Assembly: GCA_964399635.1 (NCBI GenBank) | Contig: CAYNRU010000029.1 | Location: 879 to 64,878, forward strand | Source: an uncultured Bordetella sp. | Lineage (GTDB): Bacteria; Pseudomonadota; Gammaproteobacteria; Burkholderiales; Burkholderiaceae_E | Reading direction: 5' to 3' | Length of the DNA: 64,000 nt | Part shown: positions 18,837-25,370 of the stretch, piece after piece | Layout: each line of letters opens with the position of its first letter | Position numbering within the stretch: position 1 is the stretch's first letter | Program-made: the position numbers and the translations under genes | Notes under the pieces: model-generated | Seen by the model: the letters and a program-made list of their open reading frames with translations, nothing else | What the model was told of the DNA's origin: nothing | The model's database searches: none

Positions 18837-19352
18837 TCATTGCACCACGTAGACCAGGTTGTTGCCCTGGAACGCAGGGCGGAAATAAACGCCGCCGCAC
18901 TGCTGGTAAGCGACACCTGCCTTGGTCTCCTCCACGCACCCGCCGGGCAAGGCAGACACGATGGCGCCGGTCGCCGGTGCGCCCGCCGACGCGGGGGCCG
19001 GCGCCTTCTGCGGCGTCGCCCCGGTCTGCGCCTGCGTCGTCGCGGCCTGCTGCTGGGCCGTCGTGGCTTGCTGCTGGGCTGTCGCGGCCTGCTGCTGAGC
19101 CGTCGCAGCCTGCTGCTGGGCCGTCGCTGCAGTGGCGGATTGCGTCGCGGCACTTCCGGCGACCACGGTCCGCCGAGTCGTGCGCCGCGCGACCCCCGCG
19201 ACGGAGACCGGCGTGAGCGGCGCTCCCACGACGGCGTGGGCCTCGCGCGCCAGGCCGAGCCCGGACGGTGCATCGCCGGTGAAATCGATCAGGAACAGCA
19301 CCGGCAACGCCGCGCCAAGGACGATCGACTTCACGATTCCAGCGTGTCTCAC
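18837..19352 (-). CDS. Membrane-anchored or exported Gln/Ala/Thr-repeat protein with a Cys-containing C-terminal domain
   Basis: GTG 19352 is preceded by GAGGAAG and lies 17 nt after the DUF2092 gene stop. N-terminal hydrophobic segment IVLGAALPVLFLI, (A/T)TAQQQA x4, and C-terminal CVEETKAGVAYQQCGGVYFRPAFQGNNLVYVV. Confidence 0.6.
   Translation of the reverse strand: MRHAGIVKSIVLGAALPVLFLIDFTGDAPSGLGLAREAHAVVGAPLTPVSVAGVARRTTRRTVVAGSAATQSATAATAQQQAATAQQQAATAQQQATTAQQQAATTQAQTGATPQKAPAPASAGAPATGAIVSALPGGCVEETKAGVAYQQCGGVYFRPAFQGNNLVYVVQ
19023..19127. repeat. 21-bp in-frame tandem repeat (4 good copies plus 1 degenerate)
   Basis: Plus strand reads gcctgctgctgggccgtcgtg / gcttgctgctgggctgtcgcg / gcctgctgctgagccgtcgca / gcctgctgctgggccgtcgct. 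It encodes ATAQQQA heptads on the minus strand. Confidence 0.8.
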
Positions 19353-19368
19353 GATCGCTTCCTCATCC

Positions 19369-20130
19369 TCAACGCGGCAGGAACTCGACCCGCTTCGCAC
19401 CGACCGGCGCAACGAAGCTGAAGGTCTGTGCGCCGAACTTCGGCTGCAGGTTCCACTTCGTCACGGTGACCGCGAACTGGGGCGCGTTGGGAAGGTCGCG
19501 CGTGGTGATCACGAATCGGCGCAGCAGCGGCTGGGGCCCCTCCTGGATCCAGACCTGCAGGTCGACGTGCGGGGCCCGGAAGGCGAGCTGGTCGCAGCGC
19601 ACGCCCTCGATCACCGACTTGCCCACCACGAGGCTTTCGGTGACGCCATCCATCAGGATCTCGTAGGCGTTCGCGTAGATCACGTCACCGGCGGGCGCCA
19701 CGATGTCGAGCGACGTCCGCGCAAAATCGAGCATGCCCTCGATCGTGTCCGGCGCGGCGACCTGGGCGTAGAAGTCGTTCCTCAGGTTGCGCAGCGTCAG
19801 TGACTTGCCGTCGTAGACGACTACCTGATCCACCAGATCGCCGGTGCGCTCGGCGCGCAGCTTGTTCGGGCGCTGGACCGATTGCCGTGCGGTGTGGTTG
19901 AACTCGATCTTCTGCCCCGACTTCAGCACCACTTCGAGGGAGTTGCGGGTGTCGAGGCTGAACTGCTTCTGGCGCGCCAGGAAATCGGTCGACGCCTTGA
20001 GGATACGCTGCGCCTCGGGGTCGAGGCCCGCGGATTGCGCCTGCGCCGTGGCAGCGGATGCCATCACCGCTGCCATGGTGATGCATCCGGCCAGCGTCGC
20101 TGTGGCTGCCCTCAAGAGACTTCCATGCAC
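19369..20130 (-). CDS. Periplasmic DUF2092-like (LolA-fold-like) protein
   Basis: 253 aa with a signal peptide (AAVMASAATAQA/QS). The family call is from recollection of DUF2092 sequences. Confidence 0.65.
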   Translation of the reverse strand: MHGSLLRAATATLAGCITMAAVMASAATAQAQSAGLDPEAQRILKASTDFLARQKQFSLDTRNSLEVVLKSGQKIEFNHTARQSVQRPNKLRAERTGDLVDQVVVYDGKSLTLRNLRNDFYAQVAAPDTIEGMLDFARTSLDIVAPAGDVIYANAYEILMDGVTESLVVGKSVIEGVRCDQLAFRAPHVDLQVWIQEGPQPLLRRFVITTRDLPNAPQFAVTVTKWNLQPKFGAQTFSFVAPVGAKRVEFLPR

Positions 20131-20152
20131 GGTAGGTCGCTCCCTCGTCGGT

Positions 20153-22525
20153 TCACTGCCTCGCCATCGCCATTCGGAGGGCGTCCTCCGGATCGACGAG
20201 GTGATCCTCGCTCACTGCGGCGTCCTCGATGGCGAGCTGCACGGCCTTGACCCTGCCGTTGAACGCATTGCCGTGGGAGCCGTAGTCCGGCGAGACGGGC
20301 GCCCCGGTGTCCTCGCCGACGTCCAGGCCGTCGTCCGCCGAGAAGATCATCGCGAGCGTGGCGCCGACATCGCCTTCGCCCACCTGCGCGCCATCGCAGA
20401 ACAGCGTCACCTTGCCGCCCTTGCCCAGGCCACCGCCGGCATAGGCGAACTCCATGCGGACCTGATGCACGCCGGCCGGAATCGGGGCCGAAGACTCCAC
20501 GATGAAGTGCTTGAGTCCGCCCCAGTTGTAGCAGTACCTCAGCTTGCCTGCGATCGCGTACAGGCTCCATCCGCCGATGTTGGCGCCTTGCGCGATGATG
20601 ACGCCCTGCGCGCCGCCTTGCGGCACCTCGATCTGCGCGGTGACAGAGTGGGACTTGTTCTTCAGGTTCAGCACGCAGTTCTCGCTGAGGTGCCCCATTC
20701 CAGCGAACAGCAGCTGCGTCTTGCCCTTGATCAGCACCGGACGTCCGGCCGTGTCCGGATTGATCTTCTCGAAAATCCGGTCGTCGATGGGCAGCACCTT
20801 GTAGCGCGTTGCCTCGATCAGCCAGAGGCGCTGCAGCTCGCGCAGCCTGTCGGGCATCTCGGCGGACAGGTCCTTCGACTGGCTCCAGTCTCGGGTGGTG
20901 TCGTAGAGCTCCCAGACATCGTCATCCAGGGCGGGCCGGGGCGCCCCCGTCAGCCAGGGGGTGTAGTGCTTGGTCACCGCGGTCCAGCCCTTGTGGTAGA
21001 TGCCGCGGTTTCCCATCACCTCGAAGTACTGGGTCTCGTGGTGCTCCGGCGCTGCGCCGTCGTTGAACGAGGCGAGCATGCTCGCGCCCTCGATCGGATC
21101 CTGCTGGATCCCCTCGACCGAGACCGGCTGCGGAATCCCGGAGGCCTCCAGGATCGTCGGGGCGACGTCGATGACGTGGCAGAACTGCGTGCGGACCTCG
21201 CCCTTGCCCTTGATCGCCTTCGGCCAGTGGACGATTGTTCCGTTGCGGGTCCCGCCGAAGTGCGAGGCCACCTGCTTGGTCCACTGGTAGGGCGTGTTCA
21301 TCGCATGCGCCCAGCCCACCGCGTAGTGGTTGTACGACTCCGGACCCCCCAGCTTGTCCAGCCGCGCCATCAGGTACTCCGGGGTCTCGAAGGACTGCAG
21401 CCCGTTGAAGTAGCTCATCTCGTTGAAGCAGCCGTTGATCGATCCCTCGGCCGAGGCGCCGTTGTCGCCGATGATGTAATAGACGAGCGTGTCGTCCATG
21501 ACGCCGAGCCTCTCCAGCGTCTCGAACAGCCGTCCCACGTGATGGTCCGTGTACTCCATGAAGCCCGCATAGACCTCCATCTGGCGACGCAGCACCGGTT
21601 TGAAGGCCTCCGGCATCTCGTCCCAGCTCGGCACCTCCTTCGGTCGCGCGGAGAGCTCGCAGTCGGCCGGGACGACGCCCAGCTTCTTCTGCCTCGCGAA
21701 GGTCTGTTCGCGCAGGACGTCCCAGCCCGCGTCAAACTTGCCCTTGTACTTGTCGGCCCACTCCTTCGGCACATGGTGAGGCGCGTGTGTCGCTCCCGGG
21801 GCGAAGTAGACGAAGAAGGGCTTGTCGGGCGCGAGCGCCTTCTGCTGCGACACCCAACCGATGGCCTTGTCGGTCATGTCCTCGACCAGGTGGTAGCCCT
21901 CCTCGGGCGTCTTCTCCGGCTCGACCGGTGTCGTGCCGCAGAAGAGTGTCGGATACCACTGGTTCGCCTCGCCGCCCACGAAGCCGTAGAAGTACTCGAA
22001 TCCCCCACCGCCCGTGGGCCACGCATCGAACGGGCCGATCGGGCTGCTCTGCCACACCGGAATCTCGTGACACTTGCCGAACTGGGCGGTGCTGTAGCCG
22101 TTGAGCTTGAGGGTCTTGGCCAGCGGCGCCATCGAGTTGGGCAGCACCGACGAGTAACCCGGCGCACCCGTCGCGATCTCGGTGATGCCCGCCATGCCGG
22201 CCGAATGATGATTGCGCCCGGTCAGCAAGGCCTGCCGGGTCGCCGAGCAGATCGCCGTGGTGTGGAACCGGTTGTACTTCAGCCCCGATGCTGCCAGTCG
22301 CTCCGCCGCCGCCGTGTGGCAGGGCCCGCCGAACGCGCTCGCCGACCCGAAGCCCGCGTCGTCGATCAGGACGATGAGCACGTTGGGCGCGCCCGCAGGC
22401 GGGCGCAGCTGCTCGATCGGACGCGTCTTGTGATCCGGGTCCTTTGCGTCGTACGCGATGAATCCGGTCTTCGATGTGTTCGGCATCGGAAGGTGGGACC
22501 GATGCTTGTCGTCTTTTTCTGCCAT
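20153..22525 (-). CDS. Large arylsulfatase (about 790 aa)
   Basis: ATG 22525 is preceded by GGAG. NVLIVLIDDAGFGSASAFGG and active-site ICSATRQALLTGRNHH. Only the last 790 codons of the 1365-aa track ORF look coding. Confidence 0.85.
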   Translation of the reverse strand: MAEKDDKHRSHLPMPNTSKTGFIAYDAKDPDHKTRPIEQLRPPAGAPNVLIVLIDDAGFGSASAFGGPCHTAAAERLAASGLKYNRFHTTAICSATRQALLTGRNHHSAGMAGITEIATGAPGYSSVLPNSMAPLAKTLKLNGYSTAQFGKCHEIPVWQSSPIGPFDAWPTGGGGFEYFYGFVGGEANQWYPTLFCGTTPVEPEKTPEEGYHLVEDMTDKAIGWVSQQKALAPDKPFFVYFAPGATHAPHHVPKEWADKYKGKFDAGWDVLREQTFARQKKLGVVPADCELSARPKEVPSWDEMPEAFKPVLRRQMEVYAGFMEYTDHHVGRLFETLERLGVMDDTLVYYIIGDNGASAEGSINGCFNEMSYFNGLQSFETPEYLMARLDKLGGPESYNHYAVGWAHAMNTPYQWTKQVASHFGGTRNGTIVHWPKAIKGKGEVRTQFCHVIDVAPTILEASGIPQPVSVEGIQQDPIEGASMLASFNDGAAPEHHETQYFEVMGNRGIYHKGWTAVTKHYTPWLTGAPRPALDDDVWELYDTTRDWSQSKDLSAEMPDRLRELQRLWLIEATRYKVLPIDDRIFEKINPDTAGRPVLIKGKTQLLFAGMGHLSENCVLNLKNKSHSVTAQIEVPQGGAQGVIIAQGANIGGWSLYAIAGKLRYCYNWGGLKHFIVESSAPIPAGVHQVRMEFAYAGGGLGKGGKVTLFCDGAQVGEGDVGATLAMIFSADDGLDVGEDTGAPVSPDYGSHGNAFNGRVKAVQLAIEDAAVSEDHLVDPEDALRMAMARQ

Positions 22526-22645
22526 GACCTGGACTCCGGGTGGTGCGACGTAGGCCACATCGCTGCTGGCCATCGTTCGGGCGTTGTGTTTGCGGGCTAT
22601 CCCTCGACTCATGGAGGAAGTTGCCACCTGCGCCCGGACACGCCA

Positions 22646-22663
22646 ATTGGACCTTGGTCCAGT
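22646..22663. promoter_or_regulatory. Inverted repeat ATTGGAC-cttg-GTCCAgT (operator candidate, copy 1)
   Basis: Read directly in the divergent spacer between the sulfatase operon (start 22525) and the membrane-protein gene (start 22790). Confidence 0.5.
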
Positions 22664-22698
22664 GCACTGTCGGGGTCGTTCGACGGCAGGAGCTCGAG

Positions 22699-22716
22699 AT
22701 TGGACCAACGTCCAAT
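22699..22716. promoter_or_regulatory. Perfect inverted repeat ATTGGAC-caac-GTCCAAT (operator candidate, copy 2)
   Basis: Read directly. Its centre is 53 bp from the centre of copy 1. Confidence 0.5.
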
Positions 22717-22789
22717 GTGTTCCGCCGCCATTGAGCGCTAGGGTGCGCCAGGGAGAAGCACGCGCGGTCGCGGCGGGTGCCCGGGGTGA

Positions 22790-23938
22790 ATGAACGAGAC
22801 GCTTTCGCTGTTCGGCGGTCCGCTGTACCGCTTCGGCTGCCGGACCGGCCTGATCCGCAACAAGACCAATTCCCTCGCACTCGGACTGGTGCTCGGAGCT
22901 GGACTGTGGACGGTCTTGCTCGCGCTGACGCTGATCGAGGGCCACCAGGACCGCGTCCTGTCGATCGCGGCGATCGGCGGCCACATCCGCCTGCTGTTGG
23001 TCATCCCGCTGTTCTTCGTGACCGAAGCGCTTCTCGCGGACAGGCCGGCGCACTTCATCCGCACGATCGTCGATTCGCAGGTCGTGGCGCAAGCGGACCT
23101 CCCGGCCCTCGATGCCGAAGTCGCGCGCCTCAACCGACTCAAGGACGCCTGGCAGCCGGAAGCCGTCTTCCTGATCCTGGCCGCCCTGTTGCCGCTGCTC
23201 GCGCAACAGCTGAACCTGCCCGGCGCAACCGCTGCGTATCCCCACGAGCGCAACGATGCTGGGGGAGGCCTGACCGCGTTCTGGTACTGGGCCGTCTGCA
23301 TGACGGTGTTCCGCTTCCTGCTGCTGCGGTGGATGTGGCGTCTCGCGCTCTGGACGCATCTGCTGTGGCGAGTCTCGCGGCTGCGTCTTCAGTTCATCCC
23401 GACGCACCCCGACGGATCCGGTGGCATCGGCTATCTCGAGGTCCTTCAAGCCCAGTACGCGCCGCTGGTGATGGGTATCTCGGCGGTCTTCGCCGCGGCA
23501 CTGGCCGAAGAGATCGTCATCGGCACGAGGTCGTTCGAAACGATCTACCTCAGCTTCATGCTGATCCTTCTGGCGGACGCCCTGCTGTTCATCGCCCCAC
23601 TTACCGTGTTCGCCCCCCGGCTCTACGCCAGTCGTGAGAGGGGCATCGTCGAGTACACGGTCTATGCCGCGCAGTATCTGAGGGACTTCGAGGGCAAGTG
23701 GGTACGGCGCACCGTCGATCCAGCCGCAGCACCCCTGGCCGCGGCGGACGTGCAGTCGCTTGCGGACATGATCAACGTGATCAACGGCGTGCGCCGGATG
23801 AGCCTGGTCCCGGCCGGCCCCTCGCTGCTGCTGACATTGGGCATCGCGGCGCTGCTGCCGTTCCTGCCCCTGTCGCTGCTGAAGTATCCCGTCGCGGAGT
23901 TGGCCGCAAGACTGGTGCAGACGCTGCTGGGGCTCTGA
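22790..23938 (+). CDS. Polytopic inner-membrane protein (382 aa), family not recognised
   Basis: Clean ATG ORF with multiple hydrophobic helices and W/R-rich amphipathic segments (FRFLLLRWMWRLALWTHLLWRVSRLRL). I recognise no motif. Confidence 0.65.
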   Translation: MNETLSLFGGPLYRFGCRTGLIRNKTNSLALGLVLGAGLWTVLLALTLIEGHQDRVLSIAAIGGHIRLLLVIPLFFVTEALLADRPAHFIRTIVDSQVVAQADLPALDAEVARLNRLKDAWQPEAVFLILAALLPLLAQQLNLPGATAAYPHERNDAGGGLTAFWYWAVCMTVFRFLLLRWMWRLALWTHLLWRVSRLRLQFIPTHPDGSGGIGYLEVLQAQYAPLVMGISAVFAAALAEEIVIGTRSFETIYLSFMLILLADALLFIAPLTVFAPRLYASRERGIVEYTVYAAQYLRDFEGKWVRRTVDPAAAPLAAADVQSLADMINVINGVRRMSLVPAGPSLLLTLGIAALLPFLPLSLLKYPVAELAARLVQTLLGL

Positions 23939-24246
23939 CAACGGGCGCCCGCTGGATCCATGATCTCGTCGGCGTAACGCCCGTCGGTGATCAGCTTCGC
24001 CATGGTCTTCATCGGGACGTCTATGTGGGAGAAGAACGCCTTGTAGACGGGGCACTGCTTGCCGACCTTGGCGTCCTTCAGTCCCGCAAGTATCGCCAGT
24101 ATGGAAGCGATGACCGGCGGCAGGACGAGTCTCAGGTGCAGCGGTCCGCTGACCCGACCGACCGGAACAGGTGCACGCGATGACCGAGCAGGATCCAGAC
24201 CCGGGAGGGGCTGGGACTTCGTTGTCCGCGAATGCGTCCCTGCCGA

Positions 24247-24633
24247 TCAAGCACGTCCCTGGCTTGGCAGAACCGCGTCCGCGATCGCACCCAGCAGCAG
24301 CATGTCGTCGACAGGCTTGAGCAGATATGCCCGCGCGCCGGCTGCCATCGCGCGTGCGCGAGCTTCGGGCACATCGTGTCCGGTGATGATCACCACTGGC
24401 ACCTTCGACCCCAACTGTGCCAGCCGCGCTTGCACGTCGGAGCCGGTCAGCTCCGGCATGTGCATGTCGAGCACCACGCAGTCAGGCGCGCGGTCCGCCA
24501 GCGCACGGAGGAACTCGGCGCCGGAAGAGAATGTGTCGACGTCCATGCCCGCCGACCGAATCAGACGCTTGATGGCCCTGGAGACGGAAGGCTCGTCGTC
24601 CACGACCGCGATGCGTCGCTTGGAGGGGAACAT
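24247..24633 (-). CDS. Single-domain response regulator (CheY-like receiver)
   Basis: 128 aa. VVDDE...LDMHMPELTG...KP receiver motifs and no output domain. Confidence 0.85.
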   Translation of the reverse strand: MFPSKRRIAVVDDEPSVSRAIKRLIRSAGMDVDTFSSGAEFLRALADRAPDCVVLDMHMPELTGSDVQARLAQLGSKVPVVIITGHDVPEARARAMAAGARAYLLKPVDDMLLLGAIADAVLPSQGRA

Positions 24634-24738
24634 CCGGGAACGGTAACTGCTGTGGAACGCATCGGGAATTGGACTTTAGGCCCTGTTCACGCGCGATCGG
24701 GGGGCCTGGCGGTAAACATTTCTGCCTGCCCACCCGCC

Positions 24739-25368
24739 TCAGCGCTCGCCGGTGGGTGTGATGCCCACTCTCGACGTGAATCGCACCAGATCCGCAAGCG
24801 ACTTCATCCGGAGCTTTTCCATGATGTGCGCGCGATGCACCTTGATGGTCTTTTCCACCGTGCCGAGCCTGGCCGCGATCTGCTTGTTCAGCATGCCGCC
24901 GATGACACACCGCAGGACTTCCAGTTCGCGCGGCGTCAGACTCTCCGTGCGGGCGCAATCGGCGGACAGCGCGTCGCGGCAGCGGCGGTCTTCACGATCC
25001 TTGGCGAGTGCCGCGTGCACGGTGTCGATCAGGATCGCCTCGTCGACGGGCTTGGTCAGGAACTCGACCGCGCCGCGTTTCATCGCCTGCACGGTGGAAG
25101 GGACGTCGGCGCAACCGGTGAGGAAGACGATGGGCAGCGCAGCATCGGGGCCACCGAGCTCCTGCTGTAGCTCGAGCCCGTTCAGTCCGGGCATGGAGAT
25201 GTCCAGCACGAGGCAGCCCGCGGTCATCGGGTCGTATCGGTCGAGATAGTGCTGCGCCGACGCGTGAACCTCGACGCTCAGCCCGGCCGAACGCAACAGG
25301 CGCTCGAGCGATTTGCGCACCCACGGATCGTCGTCGACCACGAACACGGTCGATCTTTCTTCGTCCAC
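24739..25368 (-). CDS. FixJ/NarL-family response regulator (receiver plus LuxR-type HTH)
   Basis: VFVVDDD...LDISMPGLNG...TKP, and C-terminal LTPRELEVLRCVIGGMLNKQIAARLGTVEKTIKVHRAHIMEKL. Confidence 0.9.
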   Translation of the reverse strand: MDEERSTVFVVDDDPWVRKSLERLLRSAGLSVEVHASAQHYLDRYDPMTAGCLVLDISMPGLNGLELQQELGGPDAALPIVFLTGCADVPSTVQAMKRGAVEFLTKPVDEAILIDTVHAALAKDREDRRCRDALSADCARTESLTPRELEVLRCVIGGMLNKQIAARLGTVEKTIKVHRAHIMEKLRMKSLADLVRFTSRVGITPTGER

Positions 25369-25370
25369 GA

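Noticed and set aside
18635-19273. 212-aa minus-strand ORF rich in R, P and S.
   Set aside because: Most of it overlaps the Gln-repeat protein gene in another frame and reads as a poly-Arg/Pro artefact of the repeat. Only the last 52 codons were kept, as a low-confidence small ORF.
20153-22525. The CSATR (Ala instead of Pro) active-site motif of the large sulfatase as evidence of an inactive enzyme.
   Set aside because: The accepted maturation motif is C/S-x-P/A-x-R, so Ala at this position is compatible with formylglycine formation.
19844-22741. 965-aa plus-strand ORF. Similar cases are 27448..29847(+), 30357..31382(+), 31473..32552(+), 34756..36384(-), 42435..43799(-), 44525..46648(-) and 49990..51492(-).
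   Set aside because: They lie antisense or off-frame to the arylsulfatase, gyrB, dnaN, dnaA, yidC, PEP-CTERM, thiolase and HemL-like genes respectively. They have no domain-like sequence.
22526-24250. The N-terminal 575 codons of the 1365-aa track ORF 20153..24250(-).
   Set aside because: Recognisable arylsulfatase sequence starts only at the ATG at 22525, which has a GGAG RBS. The upstream part is low-complexity, crosses an intergenic region with palindromes, and runs antisense to a well-formed membrane-protein gene.
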